Origin: an uncultured delta proteobacterium
Lineage (GTDB): Bacteria > Myxococcota_A > Polyangia > Polyangiales > Polyangiaceae
Direction of reading: 5' to 3'
Length of the DNA stretch: 64,000 bases
NCBI GenBank assembly: GCA_963696385.1
Contig: CAVOKF010000005.1
Span: 480,001 to 544,000, forward strand
The translations under genes and the position numbers were made by a program. The notes under the pieces were generated by a model. It was not told the DNA's origin. It made no database searches and saw nothing but the letters and a program-made list of their open reading frames with translations. Shown piece after piece: positions 51,817 through 63,624 of this stretch; the first letter of the stretch is position 1, and the number at the start of each line of letters is the position of its first letter.

Positions 51817-52023
51817 TGGCGAAGTCGCGCGGGAGGTTCGGATCGGCGCGGATCGGTCAGGCCTCTGGACCAGCACACGTCGCAAGCTACCACGAACCCG
51901 ATCGAGCTCTTGTCGACTGCGGCGAAAACACGAGCGGAAACAAGGGTATAAGCATCGATCCACACCGCTTTGCCAAGGGGCGCGGATCGGCGGTCGGCCA
52001 TGGCGACCGGTCGGCGATTGCTC

Positions 52024-53890
<1,867 letters not shown>

Positions 53891-53904
<14 letters not shown>

Positions 53905-54808
53905 AGTAGCTTTGCAGCGTAACGTTCTCGAGGACGCCGATCGCGTCGTCCGTGAGAACGGCCGCGGAGCAGTAGAGCGAGAGCAGGTAGGCCGCCGCGC
54001 CCCGTTGGTTGATGCCCATCAGCCGCACCGAGAGGCTCGGGCTGACTTCTCCGGGGATGCCTGGTTGGAACAGCCCGACCACGCCTCGCTTCTTTTCCCC
54101 CGTGCGCAATAAGAGAATGTTGGTGCGTCCGTTTCCGTCGATGCCGAGCTTGTCGGTCGGCACGAGTGGGATTCCGCGCCACGTCACGAACGGCGATCCG
54201 AAAAGGGTCACCGTGGGCGGCGGAACGCCTCGGCGGGTGCACTCACGTCCGAAGGCGGCGATCGCGCGCGGATGCGCGAGAAAGAACGCGGGCTCCTTCC
54301 AAATCTTGGCGATGAGCTCGTCCAGGTCATCGGGGGTCGGCGCGCCGGCTCGCGTCGAGATGCGCATGCTCGGCGCGACACTCGGCAGAAGGCCGTACGT
54401 GGCATTGTTGATGAGTTCGCTTTCCTGCCGCTCCTTCACCATCTCGACGAGAACGCCCAGCTGCTCGCGAACCTGGTCCATCGGGCTTCGATAGAGGTCC
54501 GAGATGCGCGTCTGAACCTCGATCGTCGTGGTCACCGTGCTCAGCGTGTATTCGCGCGGATGTTCCTCGTAATCGACGAACGCGACAGGCAGGTCGTCCG
54601 CGTCGCTCGGGCTGCACTCGATCCCGATCGCCGCCTCCTTGTCCTTCACCTTGTTGACCCGGTACGTCCCTGCTTCTACCGGAACCCAGGGCAAAAGAGC
54701 GACCAGCCACCGCGGGGTCGTGCCCAACCATTGCGGCGGTGTCTTGGTGGTGTTCGCCAGCTGGCGTGCCGCGGGCGCGCCGAGCGTGGGATGCGATCCT
54801 TGCGTCAT
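53891..54808 (-). CDS. Family 2A encapsulin shell protein (SrpI-like)
   Basis: 305 aa; AARQLANTTKTPPQ, TPRWLVALLPWVPVEAGTYRVN, PREYTLS, KERQESELINN, PTPDDLDEL, AFGRECTRRGVPP, GVVGL; overlaps the desulfurase by 14 bp. Confidence 0.92.
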
Positions 54809-54960
54809 GAATGAGCTCCTGGGGGTGAGCCCGTCTTCCGGGCCGCGCGAACCTAAGGCACGCGGCCAATGTCCCGCAAGGTAGGGGAGCGTGACTGCCG
54901 CGCTTTCCTCCGCTCACAAATCCGGACTTATCCGTTCTCGCGGATCGCGCCGGGATCTCT

Positions 54961-54984
54961 TGACGGACGGGAATCAGTCCGTCA
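54961..54984. other. Stem-loop TGACGGAC-N8-GTCCGTCA overlapping the rhodanese stop codon
   Basis: Perfect 8-bp inverted repeat; no U-tract, so terminator function is uncertain. Confidence 0.45.
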
Positions 54985-55311
54985 CGAGACTGCGCTCAGT
55001 TCGTCGTGGACGAGCGGCAGGCCCGCCTTGACCCAAGCGCGCGTACCGCCGCTCAAGTTGAAGACGCGCGTAAGTCCATGCGCTTCGGCGACCCCGCATG
55101 CCGTTTGGCTGCGGATGCCGGCGGCGCACACGAACAGAATGCCGTCGCCCGGCAGTGCGCTCTTCGGATTCGCTCTGAATTGGGCGAGCGGCACCAGCCG
55201 GGAGGCCGGCAGATGCCCGCCGAGCCACTCGTGCGGTTCGCGGACGTCGATCACGTGGAGCTCTCCGCGTGCGACCAGTTCGTAGGCGGCTTGGGGGGTT
55301 AACTGAATCAC
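54982..55311 (-). CDS. Single-domain rhodanese/sulfurtransferase
   Basis: IDVREPHEW, GHLP, active-site loop CAAGIRS, NLSGGTRAW. Confidence 0.92.
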   Translation of the reverse strand: MIQLTPQAAYELVARGELHVIDVREPHEWLGGHLPASRLVPLAQFRANPKSALPGDGILFVCAAGIRSQTACGVAEAHGLTRVFNLSGGTRAWVKAGLPLVHDELSAVS

Positions 55312-56015
55312 GTGTCTACTATAATGGACTTCGGACGGCGCGGCAACCCCTTTGGGGGGGCTTTGGCCCGAAGACGCAGTCCGGCATCCCCGTAGGTCAT
55401 CACCAGGTACATGCGCAGCGGCTCGGACCCCTCGTTGCGGTACTCGTGCGGGACGTCGGCGTCGAAGAGAATCGCATCGCCACGGCCGAGCTCGTGGCGC
55501 TTGCCTGCGACGACCATGGCGAGCGTCCCATCGGCCACGACCAAGTGCTCCTTCGTTCCGGGCGCATGCGGGTCCGCCCGTTCGACCGATTCGGGCGCAA
55601 GCGCAAGCTCGTAGAACTCGACGACCGGTGCGGTGTCGAACGGAAAGAGTGCGCGCGACTTGAACGACCCGTCCTGCGACGTGAGAACCTTCGCCTTGCC
55701 GGCCCTCAACACGGTCGACTGGGCATCGCTGGGATCGCTGATCAAGGCGGAGAAGGGCACGGCCAGAGCGCGTGCGATCTTCCAGAGGACGTTGATGGTC
55801 GGCGTACTGCGCCCGAGCTCCACCTGCCCGAGCATCGCCCGACTCACGCCGGACGCGCGCCCGAGCCGCTCGAGCGAAAGCCCGCGTTTGGTACGAAGGC
55901 GGCGCAGGTTCTCGCCGACGACGCGTGTCACTCCGACCGAGGCCTCGGGCGTCGCGCCGGCCGGGTAGTCCGTTCGGAGGTTCAAGGCCGGCCGAGTGTT
56001 CGCTAAATAGGACAT
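55308..56015 (-). CDS. XRE-family HTH + cupin transcriptional regulator (SutR/PuuR-like); true start probably downstream of about 55990
   Basis: VGENLRRLR, GVSRAMLGQVELGRSTPTINVLWKIA, HAPGTKEHL, GDAILFDADVPHEYRN. Confidence 0.9.
   Translation of the reverse strand: MSYLANTRPALNLRTDYPAGATPEASVGVTRVVGENLRRLRTKRGLSLERLGRASGVSRAMLGQVELGRSTPTINVLWKIARALAVPFSALISDPSDAQSTVLRAGKAKVLTSQDGSFKSRALFPFDTAPVVEFYELALAPESVERADPHAPGTKEHLVVADGTLAMVVAGKRHELGRGDAILFDADVPHEYRNEGSEPLRMYLVMTYGDAGLRLRAKAPPKGLPRRPKSIIVDT
55314..55346 (-). promoter_or_regulatory. Promoter TTGCCG-17-TATAGT with an overlapping imperfect palindrome GTCTACTATAATGGAC
   Basis: -35 at 55346-55341, -10 at 55323-55318; 6 nt separate the -10 from the GTG at 55311; palindrome at 55314-55329. 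Confidence 0.65.
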
Positions 56016-56023
56016 AACGTCAA
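55995..56023 (-). promoter_or_regulatory. Candidate promoter TTGACG-17-AACACT containing a related operator-like box GTTCGCTAAATAGGAC
   Basis: -35 at 56023-56018, -10 at 56000-55995; box 55998-56013 matches the 55314 palindrome at 10/16. Confidence 0.45.
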
Positions 56024-56281
56024 GCCGCGGTCAGGGCCACGGAACAAACCAAAACCGAGCCCCTCGGCGGCGTTGGTGCGAGGCTTGCGCGGGCATTCGG
56101 TCTAGAATGCTGGACGTGGGGGCCGGGCCCTGCGACGAGCCGGCGACGGCTCTTTCTCGGGCCTCACCCCGCCCAAACACGAGTTCGATCTCGACGGGAT
56201 CGTCCGCACGCCATTCACTTCAGCCTGCGGCCCGGTGCAAGCGCGAAACCGTCGTCCCAGGGGCCATCCTGCAGGGATGGC

Positions 56282-57316
56282 GTGACCGCAGAGCGTGAGT
56301 GCGTTAAGGCCACCGGCATGATGGCGTGCGTGCGAGCAATCGCGGTGGCGTCGGGCCTTGTGCTGCTCGCGGCGACAGCGTCCGGCTGCAAGGGATGCGC
56401 TCGTCGTCCGGGCGCCAGCGCTTCGCACGGCGGCGATCGCGCTCCGGAAGCGGGCGAGCCCGACCTCACGGCGGCGAGAAGCGAGCGGCTCGTCGCCCTC
56501 GAGGCGCCGCCCTGGACCGCGCCGAAGGACGCATGGGCTCTTCCGAGTGGTGCGAAATGGCGAATGGTCAAGCCGGGCAGCGGCGATGCCCTTGACGGTG
56601 CCTCTGCGGTTCGGGCCGAGCTGACGATCTGGAAGACCGACGGCACGCTCGCGTTTAGTTCGTACAACGGTCCCGTGGCTTTGCCATTGTTGTTGTCGGT
56701 TCTTCCCGGCGATCTGCGCGTCGCCTTCATGCAAGTCCGGGTGGGCGGCATCGCCCAATTCTGGCTTCCCCGTGACCTGATCGTGGCGGCGGCCAAGGCG
56801 GGCAGAAAGCCACGCATCGTGCCCGAAGAAGACGTGGTCATGCAGTACGAGCCGGTCTCGTTCGCACGACCGAGCCCGGCCGCCGCCGACCTGTCGTCAG
56901 GTCCTCGAGCGGCGGATGCGAGCGCAGGCGCCGAGACCACGTCGTCGGAGACCTTTCCGCCCCCGGATGCGGCGGGGCCACCCAAGGAGGCCCTGGCCGC
57001 GGGCGTCGGCGTCCGTTACGTCGTGCTCCGAGCCGGATCCGGGACGAGCGAGGCCGCACCGAACGCGCGCGTCGAGATGTCGATGACGCTGTGGCAGATC
57101 AAGGGTCTGCTGGTCGACGGGCCCGTAAAGAAGAACGAACCCGTCGCGACGACGCCGGAGCGCGCTCCCGGCGGCCTCTCCCAGTTCGTGCGGACGTTGC
57201 ACGAGGGCGACGTCGTACGCGTCTGGCTCTCGCCGGATTGGGCAAGCCAGGTCTTTCCGGAGCTCGGCGGATTCGAGGTCGTGTGCGATATCGCCGTCCG
57301 TTCGGTCGGTCGGTAA
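56282..57316 (+). CDS. Lipoprotein with two divergent FKBP-type PPIase-like domains
   Basis: ASGCKGC lipobox; LPSGAKWRMVKPGSG...WKTDG...VGGIAQFWLP and GVRYVVLRAGSG...EGDVVRVWLSP. Confidence 0.6.
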   Translation: MTAERECVKATGMMACVRAIAVASGLVLLAATASGCKGCARRPGASASHGGDRAPEAGEPDLTAARSERLVALEAPPWTAPKDAWALPSGAKWRMVKPGSGDALDGASAVRAELTIWKTDGTLAFSSYNGPVALPLLLSVLPGDLRVAFMQVRVGGIAQFWLPRDLIVAAAKAGRKPRIVPEEDVVMQYEPVSFARPSPAAADLSSGPRAADASAGAETTSSETFPPPDAAGPPKEALAAGVGVRYVVLRAGSGTSEAAPNARVEMSMTLWQIKGLLVDGPVKKNEPVATTPERAPGGLSQFVRTLHEGDVVRVWLSPDWASQVFPELGGFEVVCDIAVRSVGR

Positions 57317-57378
57317 CGGGCGAATCGTCGGACCTTGCAGCGACGGTTTCGGGGTACTCGACGGCGCTGCACTAGGTA

Positions 57379-59460
57379 CTAGGGGCCGTTCGGGCAATCC
57401 GACGGCGAGTCGCATGACACGATCGAAGGAATCAGCCCCTCCGGATGCGCGGAACGGATCCACCTGTCGATCGGCCAGGTCGACGTCCGCCCGGTGACGG
57501 GTGAGAAAATCTGCGCATCTCCTTCGCCCGTGGGGCGGACCAGGACGCCGAACGTCCCGTCCGCCCACGCGAAGACCGTGGCCACGCGCGGCAGCGCGTG
57601 GGCCGATAACGGCACGATCCGGCTGGGGAGTCGACTCGATACGGCGGTGCGGAGGGCATCGAGGGACGTGGGCCGATCCGGGACTTCCACCCCGGTGCCC
57701 TCTGCCCCAAAGTACGACAGGTAGTATCCGAGCGCGCCGAGCGCGGTGTTGCGCTCGCCGGTACGGAAGCGGGCGAAGGGGTCGGAGGTTCCCGTCACGA
57801 AGCGCGGCGCGAAGATCGCGCCGATGGCACCGGCCGCCTGCGCCGGCTGGCCCCGTACCATCTCCACGAGAGCCGGCGACACCCCGCACAAAGATGCGGC
57901 CAACGTCAGCATCGCGATCTGGCCGGCGCAAGCAAAGGCGAGGCTCGGGACGCTTCGCCGAGCCGGTTCGGATCCGCGGTTGTCCACGCGCTGGCCCCGG
58001 GTGGCGACGACGCTCACCGCCCAGGTGATCGCGCACAGCCAGGGCACAACCGCCGCCGCGCCAAGAAAGGGCGTCCGATCGACGAAGAGCGGAGCTTCGA
58101 AGCGTCCGGCGGCAGGCTCGCGAAACGGTGTCGCGTCCCGCAGCGCTCCCCAACGGTCGATGAGCGCGGACGGCCCCGCATTGCTCGCCCATACGATCGC
58201 GCGTCCCACCTCGATCGCGCGGAGCTGGGCCATCGCCAGGTGCTCGAACACGATCACCGAACTGCCGAAGGTCGAGTCGCTCGTGCTGACCGTCAAGAGC
58301 GCGGCGCCCGCATTCACGAGGGCCCGGCATGGCCGTGCGAGCACCGACTCCTGGCATACGACACTGCCGATCGAGGTGCCGGGCAAAACCGGAAGCGGTG
58401 TGTACTGCCCGCCCGCCGCGAGATGGCGCTCGCCGTACGGCGCAAGATCCACTTTGCGGTGCGTTCCGACCCACCGCCCGTCGGGGGCGAAGCCACCGAC
58501 GGCGTTGGATTTCCAGCCATTCGCTTCGACCATGTACGACGTGAAGACGATCGCCTGATGATGAGCGGCCGCATACGATTGCCAGGCGTGTCGCACGGTC
58601 GGGATCTGCAGATCGAAGCGCCCGTCGAACGTCTCGGTCAAAACGAGCAATTCGACGTCGCGCAGGCGCCCGAGCAGTCCATGGATGCGCGCGGCGAAAG
58701 CGTCGCCGACGGCGGGATTCGTCATCCGGGACTCGTAGTAGGAGCCGTCGGCATCGATTTGCGGCACGCCGACTCGAATCGTGCTCGCCGCCGGTCGAGC
58801 GACGGCACGCGCGACGGCGGCCAATGCCGCGACGGTGGCCAGCGAGGCGACCAGCGGACCGGCGATTCGCGCCGCCCAGGCGCGTCCCGATGCCCCCGGC
58901 AGCCGCTCGACCGGCCGTGCCGCCACGACGATCCCGGCGGTGAGCACCCCTTCGATCACATCGGCCCCGACGAGCCGTGCCCCACCGAGCAACCCCGGTG
59001 CGAACGCAACCAGGCTCGTCGTCGCGCACTTGAGAGGATAGCCAAGGCCGTCGGCGGCCTCCATGAAGACCGCCCAACCGGCCGCGGTGGCGACGAAGAG
59101 CGGGATGGCCTGCATCCGACGGCTCGCCCAATGCGACCAGAGGGCAAGCGGCAGGGCGTAGAGACCGCAGCCGAGGGCCGTCAGCCCGATGGGAACGGCC
59201 ACACCCCAGGTCATGGCCCCCAGAGACACAATCCCGAAGACGCCCAGGCTCCAGAATACCGCGTACGTCAGCGTCCGCCCGAGCGATCTCCGGCCCGCCA
59301 CGGCACACAAAACCGCGACCGAGACGAAGAACGCGGGTGCGAAGTCCAATCCCGGCCGGCCGAGGCCCCCGATCGCACCTACGATGGCGGCGGCCCCGAA
59401 CCCGGTCCGAGCCCGATCGCGCGCCACGCCGGGCGACGGTGCCGGCCGTTCGATCGGCAC
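57379..59460 (-). CDS. Apolipoprotein N-acyltransferase-like (nitrilase superfamily) membrane protein with an extra C-terminal domain
   Basis: N-terminal TM bundle; E-K-C triad motifs LTETF, HRKVDLAPYGE, VVCQES; HLAMAQLRAIE, SNAGPSALID; GTG start at 59460 inferred. Confidence 0.8.
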   Translation of the reverse strand: MPIERPAPSPGVARDRARTGFGAAAIVGAIGGLGRPGLDFAPAFFVSVAVLCAVAGRRSLGRTLTYAVFWSLGVFGIVSLGAMTWGVAVPIGLTALGCGLYALPLALWSHWASRRMQAIPLFVATAAGWAVFMEAADGLGYPLKCATTSLVAFAPGLLGGARLVGADVIEGVLTAGIVVAARPVERLPGASGRAWAARIAGPLVASLATVAALAAVARAVARPAASTIRVGVPQIDADGSYYESRMTNPAVGDAFAARIHGLLGRLRDVELLVLTETFDGRFDLQIPTVRHAWQSYAAAHHQAIVFTSYMVEANGWKSNAVGGFAPDGRWVGTHRKVDLAPYGERHLAAGGQYTPLPVLPGTSIGSVVCQESVLARPCRALVNAGAALLTVSTSDSTFGSSVIVFEHLAMAQLRAIEVGRAIVWASNAGPSALIDRWGALRDATPFREPAAGRFEAPLFVDRTPFLGAAAVVPWLCAITWAVSVVATRGQRVDNRGSEPARRSVPSLAFACAGQIAMLTLAASLCGVSPALVEMVRGQPAQAAGAIGAIFAPRFVTGTSDPFARFRTGERNTALGALGYYLSYFGAEGTGVEVPDRPTSLDALRTAVSSRLPSRIVPLSAHALPRVATVFAWADGTFGVLVRPTGEGDAQIFSPVTGRTSTWPIDRWIRSAHPEGLIPSIVSCDSPSDCPNGP

Positions 59461-59513
59461 CGCGCTCGCCCGCCCCTTGTCCGATCCCCGCGCGGCGCCC
59501 ACCGATCGATCGG

Positions 59514-60332
59514 TCACCGGTTGCAGCAGCAGAGCGTGCCGGCGAAGTCTGGACCGCAACCTCCGAAATTCAGATCCGGCGACGCCGTCAAGTAACCGCA
59601 GTCGTGCACCTGGCACGTGTCGCCGCTGTGATCGGTGACCGCTGCGCTGCCGGGCGACTCGACGCACACGTGAATCGGCCGCCCCCCACAGACCCCGGAA
59701 TCCGACCCTCCCAACGGACCGACGGCGCATTCGGTCGACACGCCCGACAGAAATACGAGGTCGTCGTCCACCCAATAGTTTCCACTCGAAGCACGCAAGG
59801 GGTCGGGCGCGAGGGGGGCGGCATCGGCTCCGGCGGTGACGGCAGCGTCTGCGCCTGCGGGAATCTGTCGGTAATCGATCCACTCCTGTGCGGTGCAGAC
59901 CCGACACCCGAGTCCGCAGAGCGTGGCGCGGTTCACCCACAACGTTCCTCCGGTGGCCGCGTCGGGACGGAGAACATCCAGGCAGCCGACGATCTGCGTC
60001 GTAAACGGGAAGTCCTGCTCGCCGCCGCTCACCGCGGCGCATGGGGGTCCGTCGGGCGCGGCGTCCGGCCCCGGCTGCACCGCGACGTCCATGGGCGGAG
60101 CGGTCTCCGCCGCATCCAGGGTGATCGAGGCCTCCGCCGTATCGGCGACGTTGACGTCCGGTGTGGCCTGGTCGACGGACGCGTCCACTCCGCCGGAGGA
60201 CGAACTGTCTTCGTCGGCGGAGCTATACGTCCGCGTGGGGTAACTGCACGAGGCACTATCGAGCAGCGCGCCGGCCATCGCGCATGTCATGACGCTCACG
60301 AGCAGTGCCTGGTTGCGAGCCGTCATATCCAA
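59514..60332 (-). CDS. Cys-rich lipoprotein of unknown function
   Basis: Hydrophobic signal ending SASC; Asp/Ala-rich linker; CRVCTAQEW...GTLCCC. Confidence 0.7.
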   Translation of the reverse strand: MDMTARNQALLVSVMTCAMAGALLDSASCSYPTRTYSSADEDSSSSGGVDASVDQATPDVNVADTAEASITLDAAETAPPMDVAVQPGPDAAPDGPPCAAVSGGEQDFPFTTQIVGCLDVLRPDAATGGTLWVNRATLCGLGCRVCTAQEWIDYRQIPAGADAAVTAGADAAPLAPDPLRASSGNYWVDDDLVFLSGVSTECAVGPLGGSDSGVCGGRPIHVCVESPGSAAVTDHSGDTCQVHDCGYLTASPDLNFGGCGPDFAGTLCCCNR

Positions 60333-60600
60333 TAGGTCTCTCGGTCGGAACGGGCGCGATGCTACTGATCGCGTTGCGGGACTTCAAGGTGCCGGCGGGA
60401 CGGCCCTCCGGGGGGGCGCGCACCCGACTCGGATCGGACCTCCGACGCCGTTGGGGTGCCGTCACCCGGGGCGCGCGCACCCGCAAAGCTTGCCGCGCCA
60501 AGGTGCGTGGAGGGGCGCGTACCGGCGCGAGCGGACGGGTGGGGCGCCCGCTCGCATTTTTCGGCATGGGCGCCCCGTCCCCCTTGCTAGGCTCGCGTGA

Positions 60601-61791
60601 ATGGCCCGTCGTGCGTCTCCGAGGCGAAGCGCAGCCGTATTCACCGCCGCGTGGATGGCATGCGCGGCGATGTCGCTGCCCGCCGTCGGGCAAACCGATG
60701 TCGATCGCGCGGGAGCCCGCGCCGCGGCATCCGAGGGGCTCAAGGCGTTCGACGCCGGTCGTTGGGCCGAGGCTCTGGACCTATTCACGCGCGCCGAATC
60801 GCTCGTCCACGCCCCGCCGCATCTGCTCTACATCGCCCGGGCCCATCAGCAGCTGGGCCACCTCGTCGAGGCGCACGAGGTGTACATGCGCATCAAGAAC
60901 GAGAACATTTCGCCGGACAAGCCGCAGGCCTTCCAGGATGCTCACGCGAACGCCGTCGCGGAGCTTGCCGTGCTCGAGCCCACGATTCCGAACGTCAAGA
61001 TCGTGGTGGGGGGCGCGCCTCAAGGCTCGGTCTCCGTGTTGGTCGACGGATCCCCGATGAATGCGGCGTTGATCGGAATCCCTCACCCGATCGACCCAGG
61101 GCCGCATACGTTTCAGGCGACCGCCCAAGGCCTCGGGAGCAGTCCGGTGTCCGTGACGGTGCAGAAGGCGGGCAACGTCACCGTGACTCTCGACCTCAAG
61201 CCGACCGGCGACACCCGACCGGCAGCGGTTCCGCCTGCAGCGCCTGTCAGCGCGGTCCCGGTACCCCTTCCTGCGACCGCACCGCCCGCGTCTTCGACCC
61301 CAGCGCCGGCGTCCGTGCCCCCCGCCCCCGTGTCTCCCGCCGCCGCCCTGTCTCCGGCGCCGCCCTCCGAGAGCCACGCCTTCGAGCCCGGCCCCGAGCC
61401 CGCGCGCGACGAGACCCATCGAACCAACTCGTTGCGGACGGCGGCGGTTCCGGCCTTCGGTGTCGCCGCCGTGGGCGTCGGGCTGGGCGTTGCGTTTTTC
61501 ATCGTGAGCCGTTCGAAAGAATCGGACGCGAGCTCCCTGTGCACGTTGCCGGCAGGGGTCTGTCCCATGGACAAGCAGAGCCAGGTCGTTTCGCTCGACA
61601 ACAGCGCGAAGGGGGCTCGCTCGATTTCGGTCGCGAGTTTCGTCGTGGGCGGCACCGCGCTGGTCTCGGGCATCGTGCTCCTCGCGGCCGGTGGCAGCGC
61701 TTCCAGTGGAGCCGAGCACACCCGGGGGGGGCAGCCGACCGTCAGTCCCTGGGTTGGATGGGGATCGGCCGGCCTCCAAGGGGTGTTTTGA
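60601..61791 (+). CDS. Secreted TPR + PEGA-like protein with a Pro-rich linker and C-terminal beta tail
   Basis: Signal peptide; AFDAGRWAEALDLFTRAESLVHAPPHLLYIAR; PIDPGPHTFQA; ends AGLQGVF. Confidence 0.8.
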   Translation: MARRASPRRSAAVFTAAWMACAAMSLPAVGQTDVDRAGARAAASEGLKAFDAGRWAEALDLFTRAESLVHAPPHLLYIARAHQQLGHLVEAHEVYMRIKNENISPDKPQAFQDAHANAVAELAVLEPTIPNVKIVVGGAPQGSVSVLVDGSPMNAALIGIPHPIDPGPHTFQATAQGLGSSPVSVTVQKAGNVTVTLDLKPTGDTRPAAVPPAAPVSAVPVPLPATAPPASSTPAPASVPPAPVSPAAALSPAPPSESHAFEPGPEPARDETHRTNSLRTAAVPAFGVAAVGVGLGVAFFIVSRSKESDASSLCTLPAGVCPMDKQSQVVSLDNSAKGARSISVASFVVGGTALVSGIVLLAAGGSASSGAEHTRGGQPTVSPWVGWGSAGLQGVF

Positions 61792-61847
61792 AGCGCGCGC
61801 CCATTCGGTCGGCTCGCTCCGACCGGTGAGCGGTTCACGGATCACGC

Positions 61848-63104
61848 ATGCTGGTCGGCATATCGGACGGCTTGTGGCGCGGCCTTGTGTTGATGGCGTT
61901 GGCCCTGGCTCCGGGCCTCGCTCCGGTGGACGTGGCCCCTTCGCCATCCAACACCGTTGCCGCACTTCGGTGCGTCTTCGTCGTCGTTGTGATCGGGGCC
62001 GTGGCGTGGGCTGTGGCGGCGTGGCGCCGATTTTCTCCCGGGTCCGCCGCGTCGGTCGCCGGCACGCTCGTCGTCGTGTTGGGGCTCGGTGTATTCTGGC
62101 CGAGCGAGCGGTGGCCCTTGAGCCGTGGGCTCTGGCTTGTGGCGCCCATGGTCTGGTCTTGTCTCGCGCTGGGTGCCGGGCGGCTCGTCGCCGCATTCGA
62201 CAGACGGCGGCCCGCGAGGCCTCGAATCTGGGTCACCGCCGCGCCGCTCGGGACGGCGATGGCGGGCGTGTTGAGCCTGGCCGTTGCGGCGCCCCGTTTG
62301 CGGTCGCGCGACGTATTGCTGATGGCCAATCCGGGCTTCGAACCCGCCGCGATGCAGGAGGCGGCGAGGCTCGAACGATCGGGCGACCCCGAGCGGGCGA
62401 TCGATCGGCTGCGCGCGTGCGCCGACGCGAACCCTCGTGCATGCGCCTGCCTGTCGGGGGCCGTTCCGATCGCGCTCGACCGGCGTCGATGGGCCGACGT
62501 CCTCGCGTGGACGGGTCGGAAGGGCCCGTGCGTCGCGGACGCGCGGCTCTCGGGCGTCCGCGCCGAGGCGCTGGCGGGAGTCGGTCGGATTAAGGAGTCC
62601 GTCGAGACCGCGAGCTCCGCGTTGCAGCGGTTCGCGGCCGACCCGAACGCGGCCTACGCCCTCGCGATCGCGTCACGGATCCGCGGGGACCGCGTCGCGG
62701 CCGATCGGTACGCCCAACAGGCGATTGGGTCGGGCCGCGGAAACGTGGCGCGCCTGTTTCTCGGAATGCTGCGCATGGAAGGCGGCGACTTCGCCGGATC
62801 GCGCCGCGAATTCGAGTCCGTGATCGCGAGCGACCCGCACAACGTCGCCGCTCGCTACGATGTCGCCCTTCTCGAGCAAAAGGAGAATCACTATGGGCGC
62901 GCGCGGGAGGGATACTTGCGCGTCTTGGACCTCGACCCCGACTTCGTCGACGCGCGGTACAACCTGGTCCTTCTGACGATCGGCATCGGCGCGAAAGCCG
63001 AAGCCCGACAGCACCTCATCGAGCTCGAGCGGATTGCCCCGAGCAATCCTCGGATCCCGGGGCTCCAGAGTGTGCTGTCGGTCGATGCGCAGCCTCGCCC
63101 GTGA
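61848..63104 (+). CDS. Membrane-anchored tetratricopeptide repeat protein
   Basis: Several N-terminal TM segments; TPR motifs (DPHNVAARYDVA, DPDFVDARYNL). Confidence 0.72.
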   Translation: MLVGISDGLWRGLVLMALALAPGLAPVDVAPSPSNTVAALRCVFVVVVIGAVAWAVAAWRRFSPGSAASVAGTLVVVLGLGVFWPSERWPLSRGLWLVAPMVWSCLALGAGRLVAAFDRRRPARPRIWVTAAPLGTAMAGVLSLAVAAPRLRSRDVLLMANPGFEPAAMQEAARLERSGDPERAIDRLRACADANPRACACLSGAVPIALDRRRWADVLAWTGRKGPCVADARLSGVRAEALAGVGRIKESVETASSALQRFAADPNAAYALAIASRIRGDRVAADRYAQQAIGSGRGNVARLFLGMLRMEGGDFAGSRREFESVIASDPHNVAARYDVALLEQKENHYGRAREGYLRVLDLDPDFVDARYNLVLLTIGIGAKAEARQHLIELERIAPSNPRIPGLQSVLSVDAQPRP

Positions 63105-63170
63105 CGAGCCTGTGTGGGACGTGGAGTTGCCGTCCGTTGACACCCATAGCTGAACCGATACGCTGCTGCT

Positions 63171-63608
63171 GTGCTTGGGGATCTTTCGAGGCTGCGGCGT
63201 GCAGCGCCGTGGGCGGTGTGTGCGGTTTTTGCGCTCGCGCTCGTTTCGTGCGGCGGCGGAAGCGCTCCGGGCGAGTCGGCGCCAATCGACGCCGCGTCCC
63301 GGGACGTCACGCCGGGGGCCAGCGGTCTCGGGGACGCCGGTCCTGCCGACGCGGAGACGGTCATGGAAACCGGGGTTCCCGATTCGGCTGAAAGCGACGA
63401 CGCGGAGCCGGGCGAAGACGGGTCCGCGTACCGCGCACCGCCGCCGCCGGGACCCCCCGGCCAGGACATCGTCACCGCCGGCGTGGTCGCGTCGAGTCCG
63501 AACTTCACGCTCTACGCCACCATCGGCGAGGGCCCCGGCGGCAACGGGACGATGAGCTCGACGAATTACACGTTGATTGGCGGGCTCTTGGGAACGACGC
63601 AGCAATAG
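63171..63608 (+). CDS. Small lipoprotein with an acidic linker and a short C-terminal beta domain
   Basis: LALVSC lipobox; GVVASSPNFTLYATIGE...MSSTNYTLIGG. Confidence 0.6.
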   Translation: MLGDLSRLRRAAPWAVCAVFALALVSCGGGSAPGESAPIDAASRDVTPGASGLGDAGPADAETVMETGVPDSAESDDAEPGEDGSAYRAPPPPGPPGQDIVTAGVVASSPNFTLYATIGEGPGGNGTMSSTNYTLIGGLLGTTQQ

Positions 63609-63624
63609 CGGAGGACGACGGTCG

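Noticed and set aside
56897..60042. 803-aa overlapping ORF and the long 5' extension of the Lnt-like ORF
   Set aside because: Arg/Gly/Pro-rich shadow frames typical of high-GC DNA; the extension overlaps the upstream lipoprotein gene
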